A DNA stretch of 64,000 nucleotides from a virus (Duplodnaviria > Caudoviricetes). Numbering within the stretch: position 1 is the first letter of the stretch; each line of letters starts with the position of its first letter. The DNA is taken from IMG/VR virus record IMGVR_UViG_3300037067_012588. One strand, written 5' to 3'. Of this stretch, positions 54,891-63,398 are shown piece by piece. The position numbers and the translations under genes were made by a program. The notes under the pieces are model-generated. The model saw nothing but the letters and a program-made list of their open reading frames with translations, was not told the origin of the DNA and did not search any database.

Positions 54891-56203
54891 TCTCCGCCAG
54901 CCTTGACATTGTAGAAAGGCTTGACACGGAACAAAATCGTCGCAGTCGGTGCAATGGCAGCCTCAATCATCGCAGCGTCCTTGTAAGCCATAGGCGACTC
55001 ATCAATGGTATCCTTGCTGACAGAGGTCGTGAAGATTCCCTCCATCGACTTCTGATAGTCAACCAAATCAATCGAAGCCTTTGCCTGTGACCGTGACAAC
55101 ACTCGCCCAGCACCATGAGGAGCGGAGAAGTTCCAATCGGCATTCGACTTGCCATCACAAATCAAAAGACCATCCCGCATGTTGAAGGGGATAATCATCC
55201 GCTCACCAACATACGACCGAATCGCTCCCTTGCGGATAATCCCATCCTCGAAGGAAATGAAGTTGTGAACACACTCGATTCGGTCATACTCAGTAACATC
55301 ACCAACAACCGAACGAATGGAAGACAAGACCTCCTCAGCGATAACCATACGGTTCATCGCAGCATAGCCCTGAGCAAGGAACATCGCCTTCAAATACAGC
55401 TCCATGTTCGAACCAGAAACGAACGACGAAGACTTGGAATCGAAGTCGAGCTTCGCATCTTCCTGCTTCTTCGTAATCAACTTGCTGATGTCCGACTTAG
55501 CAATCTCGCCTCGCCCAGCCATATCCCGAACCTTCTTGGTATACTCCTGCAAGTCAGGGATTTCCTTCACAGTCGCCTGAGCAATACCATCGAAATGCTC
55601 GCAGACACGCTTTCCGAAGTTCCGTGAACCAGTGTGAATCGTAACCCACGAATAAGCGTTCTCGTCAACACCCATTTCGATGAAGTGGTTTCCACCACCA
55701 AGCGTCCCGATGGAAATCCAGAAGCGACTGACGTCCATACCGATACTACGAACGAAATCCTCGATATCGGAAACGGAAACCGAACGGAAGCTCGCAATCA
55801 CGGAAGACGAAGACTTATGCGCTTCCTTACGGAGAAAGTCAACAAGACGCTCCTTGATGCCCTTGGACTCCTTGCTCCGGGCAGTCATACCCATAGGAAC
55901 ATGATGGCGAATCAAGACATCAATCTTCTTCAGCTCATCTTCCCAAGGACGAACATTCACACCCACAGAAAGCATTCCGCATCCGATGTCCACTCCGACC
56001 CAGTTCGGCACGACCTTATCACCAGCCTTCATGGTGAATCCAATAGGAACACCTTTTCCGGCATGAGAATCTGGCATCATAACAATAGTTTTGCCAATTG
56101 TTGCAGGATGATTTGCAATGTTAAACACTTGAGACATAGTTTCCTTTTCAAAACAATCAAGCGTCAACAACGCTTCAGAATATTTTCCTTTGATTTTATA
56201 CAT
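54887..56203 (-). CDS. rtcB: RNA ligase RtcB
   Basis: MPDSHAG, VGVDIGCG, GTLGGGNHFIE, HTGSR, HNF, RKGAI, SAPHGAGR, DESPMAYK. Confidence 0.96.
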   Translation of the reverse strand: MYKIKGKYSEALLTLDCFEKETMSQVFNIANHPATIGKTIVMMPDSHAGKGVPIGFTMKAGDKVVPNWVGVDIGCGMLSVGVNVRPWEDELKKIDVLIRHHVPMGMTARSKESKGIKERLVDFLRKEAHKSSSSVIASFRSVSVSDIEDFVRSIGMDVSRFWISIGTLGGGNHFIEMGVDENAYSWVTIHTGSRNFGKRVCEHFDGIAQATVKEIPDLQEYTKKVRDMAGRGEIAKSDISKLITKKQEDAKLDFDSKSSSFVSGSNMELYLKAMFLAQGYAAMNRMVIAEEVLSSIRSVVGDVTEYDRIECVHNFISFEDGIIRKGAIRSYVGERMIIPFNMRDGLLICDGKSNADWNFSAPHGAGRVLSRSQAKASIDLVDYQKSMEGIFTTSVSKDTIDESPMAYKDAAMIEAAIAPTATILFRVKPFYNVKAGGE

Positions 56204-56390
56204 CGATTCTCTTTCTAATCTCGTTTCTGATAAGCTCCATAGCGGAAGCCTTATCTGACTTGATTTCTTTTTCCCATATGACAAAAAAACCGTACCCCAT
56301 CGATTCAATCAACTGGCTTCTTTTCTTATCTTTTTCCCATTTTTCCGAAAACAGCCCCATCTTTTTATCCTTGATAAATAATCCCTCCAA
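56196..56390 (-). pseudogene. Fragment resembling the C-terminus of a Vsr/DUF559-like endonuclease
   Basis: KDKKR...GYGFFVIWEKEIK; N-terminal catalytic part missing. Confidence 0.4.
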
Positions 56391-56401
56391 AAAATCATCG
56401 T

Positions 56402-56779
56402 CTAAGAAGGAGAATTCTGATCGTTATTTTCAACATTTTCCACAAAAGACGGAACTTTTTCTTCTCCAAAAAGAGGATGCACTTCGCCAAATCCCTCGAC
56501 CGAGGTTATCTCAAGCTCAAACAGAACAAGATTGGCAATAACAAACAAAACCGTAAAACTGCTTGGTTCGAAGTCCTCCATAACATGTGGGTCTTTCATT
56601 TGCTCTGGAGTCAACACATCTGCCTTGCTTTTGTTCACATCCAATCGAATCCATGTTACACCGTCTTTCCATTTTTGTATCAACGAAAAAGCCGAAAAAG
56701 AAATCTTCTTTTTTGCGTTGCCGTCAACATAGGTTTTTGTCTCGACAGCAATCAACGGATTGAAAACATTAAACATCAC
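56402..56779 (-). CDS. Hypothetical protein
   Basis: ORF within the operon. Confidence 0.6.
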   Translation of the reverse strand: MMFNVFNPLIAVETKTYVDGNAKKKISFSAFSLIQKWKDGVTWIRLDVNKSKADVLTPEQMKDPHVMEDFEPSSFTVLFVIANLVLFELEITSVEGFGEVHPLFGEEKVPSFVENVENNDQNSPS

Positions 56780-56964
56780 TATCCCTCGCTTGAAATAAAA
56801 TGTTCAACCTCAAAAGGACAATCACAAGGGGCTTCTTTCCCCTCTTCAACAAGCCCATGACCACGCAATAAACACGTCCAAAACGAATCATTGTCGACAT
56901 CAAGCGGATCAAATATATAGTGCTCACATCTCTGACAAATCTCAAGACTTACCATGATGTTCAT
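56779..56964 (-). CDS. Small Cys-rich protein (CxxC...PxxC..VEH family)
   Basis: ICQRC...APCDCPFEVEHFIS. Confidence 0.7.
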   Translation of the reverse strand: MNIMVSLEICQRCEHYIFDPLDVDNDSFWTCLLRGHGLVEEGKEAPCDCPFEVEHFISSEG

Positions 56965-57331
56965 TCCTCATAGCGTCCAAGCAAAAAGACGCCAGCTTCT
57001 TACATTGAGACTCAACATAAAGCTTAGATCGAACCTTTCCAAACCTTGGCAAAAATTTCGCTACTTGCATCAGTTCGCTAATCATCTCATCAGCACAAAG
57101 TCCATCATTAGCATGGGCACAATCGAACCCAATCCAAAAACCTTCTCCGAGAATATCATTGAAGTCAGAAAAAGTCAAACCACCATGAACAGCAACATCG
57201 ATATCAAAAAAGCTTTTTTCATACCACGGATGTCCTTTTGGAACCCGCACATAACCACAACGAAAACCGAACGGGTGCATTATGACTTTGTAATTAAACC
57301 CCTGAAATACGCCTTCAATTTCGACTCTCAT
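56942..57331 (-). CDS. Conserved phage hypothetical protein
   Basis: RCGYVRVPKGHPWY...VHGGLTF...WIGFDCAH. Confidence 0.8.
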   Translation of the reverse strand: MRVEIEGVFQGFNYKVIMHPFGFRCGYVRVPKGHPWYEKSFFDIDVAVHGGLTFSDFNDILGEGFWIGFDCAHANDGLCADEMISELMQVAKFLPRFGKVRSKLYVESQCKKLASFCLDAMRNEHHGKS

Positions 57332-57346
57332 ATTTACCTCCAAAAT

Positions 57347-57387
57347 AAAAGCCCCATCCGGTGTGCGGCCGGACGGGGCATTTTTTC
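57347..57387. terminator. Bidirectional intrinsic terminator
   Basis: GCCCCATCCGG/CCGGACGGGGC stem with A and T tracts. Confidence 0.75.
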
Positions 57388-57405
57388 CGTCAGCGCAAAA
57401 CCGTA

Positions 57406-57858
57406 TTATCGTGAATCAGGACGCCGCCACTCTTTCTTCGATGTTTCGGCACTCGTCGAAGCAGACTTCAATCCCATCTGAATGATAGCGATGTTGTCCG
57501 CACCAAGCTTCTCAACAGGAACAGTCTGAGCAGCAATGATATCAAGAATACCTTCAACGGCAGGAACATACTGAGTCCAACCCTTGTCCGTCATATACTT
57601 GACGATGGCAGCCTTCGCTTGATCGAAAGGCAAATCACCAATCTTCCCTGTGTCAAGGAACTTACTGACATCAGTCATCACCAGCAACATCTCTGCCTTT
57701 GTCGCATCATACTTGGCAACCGCCACACCATCAAGGATTGCCTTGGAAGCGACGGTCGTCGAAGCCTGAACCGTTGCCGCTCGCATGTTCATGCTGTAAT
57801 CAGTAGACGAACAACCAGACGCCAAAACACAAGCAACCAATGCCAAAACATACTTCAT
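57406..57858 (-). CDS. Lipoprotein
   Basis: MKYVLALVACVLASG-C lipobox. Confidence 0.75.
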   Translation of the reverse strand: MKYVLALVACVLASGCSSTDYSMNMRAATVQASTTVASKAILDGVAVAKYDATKAEMLLVMTDVSKFLDTGKIGDLPFDQAKAAIVKYMTDKGWTQYVPAVEGILDIIAAQTVPVEKLGADNIAIIQMGLKSASTSAETSKKEWRRPDSR

Positions 57859-57939
57859 ACCATTTCTCCTCTGCCTATATGCCTGCGGGCGAACCCTACA
57901 GGAAGAATATGGGCGCATTCACACAAATGCGCCAACATC

Positions 57940-58491
57940 CTAATCATACTCCCGAGGAGAGAAAAACACAACCCCTGACGAGTTTATTTCCAAATCGTTT
58001 AGCTTAGATATCAGTTTTATCTTTTGAGTCTGAAATTCGTTGATAGCCACTTCCAAGGAAACCAAATCATCCCTTGTCATGTTCCACTCAGAAGACGCAC
58101 AATGAAACGACCGACATACCTCAGACCTATCTCCAACCGACAAACGACATCCAGTTTTTGTCAGAAATCCAGCCTTAGAGTTAAATAATGACTCGTACAT
58201 GGCCAATTGGTCTACATGTATAATCGCCATATTCAGATTCGAAAATCCACCCATATAGCCATAGTTGTTGGCACAGCCGCCACAACAAACATCTTCTCCG
58301 CAACACCATTCTGTTTTTCTTCTTTGTGCCTCGCAATTTCCTTTCACAAAGGCACAACCGAAATTACAAGAACTAATTCCAGACAAAACAGTCTGAAGTT
58401 CTCTTATGTCGCTCTTGAGTGGTTCAGCAAGGTCATCGTCAAACACAAACACCGAGCTACGACTCAAAAGTCCATCAAGAAAAACAGGCAC
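57940..58491 (-). CDS. Cys-rich (Fe-S or zinc cluster-like) protein
   Basis: CCGGC...GCRL...RSEVCRSFHC. Confidence 0.65.
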   Translation of the reverse strand: MPVFLDGLLSRSSVFVFDDDLAEPLKSDIRELQTVLSGISSCNFGCAFVKGNCEAQRRKTEWCCGEDVCCGGCANNYGYMGGFSNLNMAIIHVDQLAMYESLFNSKAGFLTKTGCRLSVGDRSEVCRSFHCASSEWNMTRDDLVSLEVAINEFQTQKIKLISKLNDLEINSSGVVFFSPREYD

Positions 58492-58639
58492 AATTTATCC
58501 CTTAAGCAAGGATTTCACTCATCGAACACACTTCTTACTGGCATCCTTATGACAGGCTTGGCAAGTTTTTCCAGGCAACCAAGAAAACATCTTCGCAAGG
58601 CGAATCAATACAGCCTTGTTGCTTCGCTTCGAAGCCATT

Positions 58640-58837
58640 TCATCCTCGTTTCAGGATAATTCGGGAAATTTCAGCCACCTCAAACTTCGCCATTTCGATA
58701 TGTTCTTCTGGTCCACCCTTCATGATAATACTGAGCAGCTCATCAACTCGCTTATTGAGTTCTTGGCTACTCTTCTTGCAAGCCCAATCGAGAACGTCTT
58801 TCTGAGTCAACCGTGTCGTTTCCGTTGTCGATACCAT
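58640..58837 (-). CDS. Hypothetical protein
   Basis: RBS AAGGAG. Confidence 0.6.
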   Translation of the reverse strand: MVSTTETTRLTQKDVLDWACKKSSQELNKRVDELLSIIMKGGPEEHIEMAKFEVAEISRIILKRG

Positions 58838-58903
58838 TTCAATCTCCTTGATGGGGGCTATTCCCCTTACTTATACATCGTCTGCAAATCAAATTTTCTG
58901 GAA

Positions 58904-59134
58904 CTATTCGATATCCTTTTGACCAGCTTGAAACAACTCAAGGAAATATGGGCAACTATTTGGAGGTGAAAATATCTTTTCGGCATTGTGTGGTTTGTCA
59001 CCCCACGAAATACAATTATGAGCAGGACATGAATGCCCGTTTTTCCACAAAATTTTATCAACAACTCCCCACGTCAACCCGGCCATTTCGTGGCACGCCC
59101 GACAAACTTCTTCGTTGAACTCTAACTTCATCAT
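58904..59134 (-). CDS. Small Cys-rich protein (CxxC...PxxC..LE family)
   Basis: VCRAC...PPNSCPYFLELF. Confidence 0.65.
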   Translation of the reverse strand: MMKLEFNEEVCRACHEMAGLTWGVVDKILWKNGHSCPAHNCISWGDKPHNAEKIFSPPNSCPYFLELFQAGQKDIE

Positions 59135-59145
59135 CGCTATCCCCT

Positions 59146-59179
59146 AAACAAGCCCGTAGGAACGTTCCTACGGGCTTGT
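59146..59179 (-). terminator. Perfect palindrome / terminator downstream of the SPFH gene
   Basis: ACAAGCCCGTAGGAACGTTCCTACGGGCTTGT. Confidence 0.7.
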
Positions 59180-59209
59180 GTTCAATTCTTCCAACGTTAT
59201 GGCAGGGTT

Positions 59210-60493
59210 TTACTTTCCACGCTCTTCGGAAGCCGCCACGGGCTTCCCTTCCATTGTCATATCAAGGGAGAGGTCTTTTGCTGCCTTGATTGTCATCAGA
59301 CTCATAAAGTCACTCGCAGAACTATCTTGACCACCCTGCTTGTCGCCCATAACCACAGAGGGAACCAGACGCTTCGAAAACGCATCAGCCCAAACTTTCT
59401 GGGCATCAGACCAAGCCGCAAGCTTCTTCTCAAGAGCTCCATCGGCGGCCATAACGAGCTTCTTCCGAGTTGCTTCTCCTTCACCGAGCAGAATATCCCG
59501 CTGTTTGTTCATCTCAGCAGCATCACGCTCAAGGGCTGCAACTGCCTTTTGCTGCTCGCCCTTTGTAATTGCGACTTCCTTCTCCTTCAAGGCATCGGTG
59601 ACAGCCTTGACTTTTTCCTGTTCTTTTTCATACTTGGAAGCCATAACTGCAGCTTTACCTTCAGCCTCAATTCGCAAACTGTCCTGTTCCGATTTCTTCG
59701 TCTTGGCAATGGCAGTAACAACTTCCATAGCCGCCTTCTGCTGTTCATCAATCTGCTTCTGCACAGCATCGCTATAGATAAACTTCTTCACTTCGAAGTT
59801 GGAAAGAACAATCCCTGTTCCTTCAAACACGTTGCTTTGAGGTTGACGAATCATCCGACCTTCTTTGTCCTTCGCAGGACGCTTCAGTGTACGGGTTACA
59901 ACTTGACCAGTAAGGGGGTCACTGATTTCAACCTGTTCATCAACAACTTCATACAATCCGTGTTGAATCTGGTCACGGGCAATAACGATGAAATCGTTTC
60001 GGCGCTCGCAATAAGACTCACGAGCCGACATCAAATTGGCAGTTAAAATGAGAGCGTTACGCAAGCAAGGTTTTACCAGTTTTTCCTCAACATCGAGATG
60101 AGAACGCAAGCCAAGTTGGGTAATCAAATTCAAGGCCTGATCAGGAGACTTTGGCATTTCAACACGGCAGGTTCCACTAATTCTACACGTCGAACCATCG
60201 TTGAAAGTTACCTCAATCGAAGCATCTCCCGTATCATCAGGACCATCAGCTCCTTCAGGGTCAGCAGTGAAATAGAAAGTCTCTGCACACGGCCACGTTG
60301 TAATAGAGCCAAAACATTGCGCCCACATGCCAGGAGTCATTTTGACATCCAACTGACCAGAAACTGGCCACTGGCGAACCTGATATGTGCCAGATTGCAC
60401 TGTCTCAACCATAGACGGCAAAATATAGGCACAAATCAAAAGAATAACTCCTGCAACAATACCCTTCAAAACAAGCTTTTCACGTTCATTCAT
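59210..60493 (-). CDS. SPFH/band 7 (flotillin/prohibitin-like) membrane protein
   Basis: N-terminal TM segment, SPFH-like core, Ala/Glu-rich coiled coil. Confidence 0.8.
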   Translation of the reverse strand: MNEREKLVLKGIVAGVILLICAYILPSMVETVQSGTYQVRQWPVSGQLDVKMTPGMWAQCFGSITTWPCAETFYFTADPEGADGPDDTGDASIEVTFNDGSTCRISGTCRVEMPKSPDQALNLITQLGLRSHLDVEEKLVKPCLRNALILTANLMSARESYCERRNDFIVIARDQIQHGLYEVVDEQVEISDPLTGQVVTRTLKRPAKDKEGRMIRQPQSNVFEGTGIVLSNFEVKKFIYSDAVQKQIDEQQKAAMEVVTAIAKTKKSEQDSLRIEAEGKAAVMASKYEKEQEKVKAVTDALKEKEVAITKGEQQKAVAALERDAAEMNKQRDILLGEGEATRKKLVMAADGALEKKLAAWSDAQKVWADAFSKRLVPSVVMGDKQGGQDSSASDFMSLMTIKAAKDLSLDMTMEGKPVAASEERGK

Positions 60494-60647
60494 CCGACTT
60501 CTCCTCTTTCATAATGTCCGATTTCTCAGTTTCATCTGGCTTACCAACAGAGGCAATCCAATTGACCAATCGAAGACCAATGACCTTGTACGCAACATAC
60601 GAACAAGACAAAATCAAAACGATATTAAACAAAAATATGAACAGCAT
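60486..60647 (-). CDS. Small single-pass membrane protein (53 aa; not in the ORF track)
   Basis: MLFIFLFNIVLILSCSYVAYKVIG...; stop codon overlaps the SPFH start region. Confidence 0.55.
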   Translation of the reverse strand: MLFIFLFNIVLILSCSYVAYKVIGLRLVNWIASVGKPDETEKSDIMKEEKSDE

Positions 60648-60676
60648 GATTCGTTCCCCACACACGACAATTCAAA

Positions 60677-60958
60677 CTAAAGCTCTTCACGATTTTTCCC
60701 ATTGTTCTTCCCGAAACACTCTGAACAACACGGAACATCATGAACCACACCCCACACATTCACAAGGGCATAACGGCGCTCCCTATTCGACACCCAACTA
60801 CGACACCAAAAACATACTCCATGTGTCTCAATAACACAGAAACTATGCCACATGGACGGCGAAACTACACCCGCCACACGACGCTCAACAAGCGCCCGAC
60901 AATACGCCTCTGAACCAGGACTCAAACAGATAAAGGTGTCCTCTTTTTCCTGCGGCAT
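60677..60958 (-). CDS. Cys-rich hypothetical protein
   Basis: CFWC...CSEC. Confidence 0.55.
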   Translation of the reverse strand: MPQEKEDTFICLSPGSEAYCRALVERRVAGVVSPSMWHSFCVIETHGVCFWCRSWVSNRERRYALVNVWGVVHDVPCCSECFGKNNGKNREEL

Positions 60959-61027
60959 AAATACCCCCTACAAAACTATTCTGGATACTTCACCCGACAA
61001 ATTTTCATATTTTGAACAAATAGCCTT

Positions 61028-61585
61028 TCACTTATTATACCAGCACCAGACGTTTCCTGCGAGGTAATCTCCGTTCGATAAATTCACAACCGCAGAAACC
61101 AAACCAGCATAACCATCGCTTGGACCGGCAAAATCTGTATATCCATGCCCAAGCATTGATTCACTGATTTTCCCAATATCAAACACGGGCGTGTTGTCTT
61201 CCTTTCTCATCATGTGATAACGCATCCACTCTTGGTCACGATACATTTCAAATTGGTAACGATTGCAGACTTTTTCACTGAAAAATCGAGAAATCCAAAA
61301 CTCGACATCTGCGCAGAAGATGTACTGAGGAACAAACCAAAAATATGTATTTCCCGTATACATGCACTGATATTTGATGCCTTCGATAAACGAAGAAACA
61401 TCGACACCGATACGCTTCAACACGCTCCACGAGTTGCAACCTGGGATTAATGCAAAAGGCTTGTCAATCCACACCTCGTCAGGAACATTGGAGAACCACT
61501 TGTCTCCTTTCGGATAAAGGAAGTCACCAATGTCGTCAGGCAGAGTTGGGTTTTCCCACTGAACAATCTTGATATCGCAATCCAT
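61028..61585 (-). CDS. Hypothetical protein
   Basis: ORF with RBS. Confidence 0.7.
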   Translation of the reverse strand: MDCDIKIVQWENPTLPDDIGDFLYPKGDKWFSNVPDEVWIDKPFALIPGCNSWSVLKRIGVDVSSFIEGIKYQCMYTGNTYFWFVPQYIFCADVEFWISRFFSEKVCNRYQFEMYRDQEWMRYHMMRKEDNTPVFDIGKISESMLGHGYTDFAGPSDGYAGLVSAVVNLSNGDYLAGNVWCWYNK

Positions 61586-61594
61586 GATTCCCCC

Positions 61595-61849
61595 TCAGAC
61601 AAACCTCCAGTATTCTGTTTTGCTACTTATCTCAGAAAGGTTTTCCTTAATGGCTCGAACAACAGCCTCTGTGTCTCCAAGACACAAAACACATGCTCGT
61701 CCTCCAAAAAAATACCAGTCGACACGCTGCTCTGAGATAGTACGCAGCTTTTCTACCCACTTTTCGATGTCGGACACTTCGATGTCTGCCAGCGTGAAAA
61801 CATGTTGCCCGTTGGCGAATACTTCTTCGTCACATTTTTCGATCATCAA
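61595..61849 (-). CDS. Hypothetical protein
   Basis: ORF overlapping the upstream stop codon. Confidence 0.65.
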   Translation of the reverse strand: MMIEKCDEEVFANGQHVFTLADIEVSDIEKWVEKLRTISEQRVDWYFFGGRACVLCLGDTEAVVRAIKENLSEISSKTEYWRFV

Positions 61850-62382
61850 TTATCCTCCGTGTACCACCCCTTATCACCAGCAGCCTTCTTCTTGGCTTGG
61901 ACATTGCGAAGCGCCTGAAGAAGGACTTCGGACATCACGCCGAACGTGAAAAACACGTCATTCAGAATGTCCCACCAAGCATCGATTTTGTTGTAGCTGT
62001 CCTTGATTGGCTTGCCGTCAAACGACTTGCCAGAGATGGCATTCGTAAAGCTAATGGTTTCCTTGAGTCCGAACTTGTATTCGTTCGCAGCCTTCGCCCA
62101 TTCCCGCAAGATGGCTTCGTATACCGCCGCACGCTCTTTCGTACAGACAAGGCACAGCGGGAAGCCACGATAGTCCTTTACATCGTTGATGACGACAATC
62201 TCATATGCCTTGATGTTCTTGCACACACGCTTGAGGGACTCAGGAAGTGCGTCCCATTCAAACTCGGAGCTTCCCATATAGTCCATCGAGAAAATCGAAT
62301 CGATACCAGGAAGCTCATCGTTCTTCGTTTGATTGCGAACCTTCATACGCTGAATGAGGTATGGCTTTTCCATTTCTTCCAT
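61846..62382 (-). CDS. Conserved phage hypothetical protein
   Basis: PYLIQR...MDYMGSSEFEW...WWDI motif. Confidence 0.8.
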   Translation of the reverse strand: MEEMEKPYLIQRMKVRNQTKNDELPGIDSIFSMDYMGSSEFEWDALPESLKRVCKNIKAYEIVVINDVKDYRGFPLCLVCTKERAAVYEAILREWAKAANEYKFGLKETISFTNAISGKSFDGKPIKDSYNKIDAWWDILNDVFFTFGVMSEVLLQALRNVQAKKKAAGDKGWYTEDN

Positions 62383-62384
62383 TT

Positions 62385-62843
62385 CTACTTCCTTTCACTT
62401 TTCGATTTTACGAATTCGGCAAGAGTGTGATACGACACATAAAGACTTCCAGCCTTCAGCTCCTTGATGAAATACGCATATTGCTTTGGGTCGGAAGCTT
62501 CGTACTTTTCCTTTAAGTATTCCTCGGCACTCGGAATCTTGACAACGACAGGCTTAACACGAACCTTGATTTCAATCGCCACAACCTCGTAATCGTCAGG
62601 ATTCCACTTTCGAGGGTGTGTCGGTGAGAACATATCGGCGTTGTACCAGTCAGTCGAGTTCTGGCGAACCCACTCTGCCTGAAAGGCATTGCAAACCATC
62701 CAGTATTTGGAAGCGTCATCCGTTGGCGTTGTATCCAGAGTGTACTGAGTAGACACACAAAACTCAGCATCACCGTTGCTTGTTGATTCGTAACAAACGA
62801 TATCGCCAGTCTTCTTGCTTCGTAACCCATACATGGTCGGCAT
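62385..62843 (-). CDS. Hypothetical protein
   Basis: MPTMYGLR start after AGGAGG. Confidence 0.7.
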   Translation of the reverse strand: MPTMYGLRSKKTGDIVCYESTSNGDAEFCVSTQYTLDTTPTDDASKYWMVCNAFQAEWVRQNSTDWYNADMFSPTHPRKWNPDDYEVVAIEIKVRVKPVVVKIPSAEEYLKEKYEASDPKQYAYFIKELKAGSLYVSYHTLAEFVKSKSERK

Positions 62844-62865
62844 GATGTCCTCCTGTTTGTAGTTT

Positions 62866-63069
62866 TTAGCCTCGCTCGTCCTTGAGATATTCATTGATAT
62901 CTGCAATGACATCATCATCAACATACGAGTCAGGGCATCCGCTAATTGCCCAAGCACTATCGCAGTTCCCTTCGAGGTCAATACTGTACCCCACCACGGC
63001 ATCGATCACCTCTGAGTTCGGTCCGACTATGATTTGCATTTCGATTCTGTTCGTCATTTTGTTTTCCAA
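62866..63069 (-). CDS. Small acidic protein
   Basis: ORF downstream of a GACGATG motif. Confidence 0.55.
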   Translation of the reverse strand: MENKMTNRIEMQIIVGPNSEVIDAVVGYSIDLEGNCDSAWAISGCPDSYVDDDVIADINEYLKDERG

Positions 63070-63111
63070 TCATTTTGGTTGGCTCAACCATCCTATGTTC
63101 TTCGGTTCACA

Positions 63112-63148
63112 AAAGAACATCGTCCAAAGAAGAAATTTCTGGAAAGAA
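63112..63148 (-). promoter_or_regulatory. Repeated GACGATG promoter-like motif
   Basis: TTCCAGAAATTTC-N-TTGGACGATGTTCT; core 63118-63124. Confidence 0.7.
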
Positions 63149-63152
63149 AAAC

Positions 63153-63186
63153 AAAAAAACACAGCCCCATCTGGCCAGACGGGGCT
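63153..63186 (-). terminator. Intrinsic terminator of the permuted tRNA-like RNA
   Basis: AGCCCCGTCTGG/CCAGATGGGGCT stem, then GTGTTTTTTT. Confidence 0.75.
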
Positions 63187-63205
63187 AAGGCGCTACTTGG
63201 CTGCT

Positions 63206-63293
63206 GCACTGGCGTATGCTGTTCTAGCCACTTGAACTACACGCCCAATCGGGCGAGGAGGGACTCGAACCCCCAACCTGCACAGGCACTGGC
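63206..63293 (-). ncRNA. Circularly permuted tRNA-like RNA (YrlA-like topology)
   Basis: Order: TGTGC, AGGTT, T arm GGGGG-TTCGAGT-CCCTC, acceptor CTCGCCC-GATT-GGGCGTG, TA, D arm GTTC-AAGTGGCTA-GAAC, A, GCATA. Confidence 0.8.
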
Positions 63294-63349
63294 AACTAGG
63301 CATTGTGGTTTCCGGAAACCACATTTACCGTCTTCTTTCGCTTGCCTCA

Positions 63350-63386
63350 TAAGAACATCGTCCAAGGAAGAAAATTCTTGGAACTA
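63350..63386 (-). promoter_or_regulatory. Repeated GACGATG promoter-like motif
   Basis: TTCCAAGAATTTTC-N-TTGGACGATGTTCT; core 63356-63362. Confidence 0.7.
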
Positions 63387-63398
63387 TTTTTTCTTTTT

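Noticed and set aside
20584-63386. GACGATG repeats as a CRISPR array or integron attC sites
   Set aside because: Irregular kb-scale spacing, degenerate, non-palindromic, and always upstream of genes; no cas or integrase gene in the window
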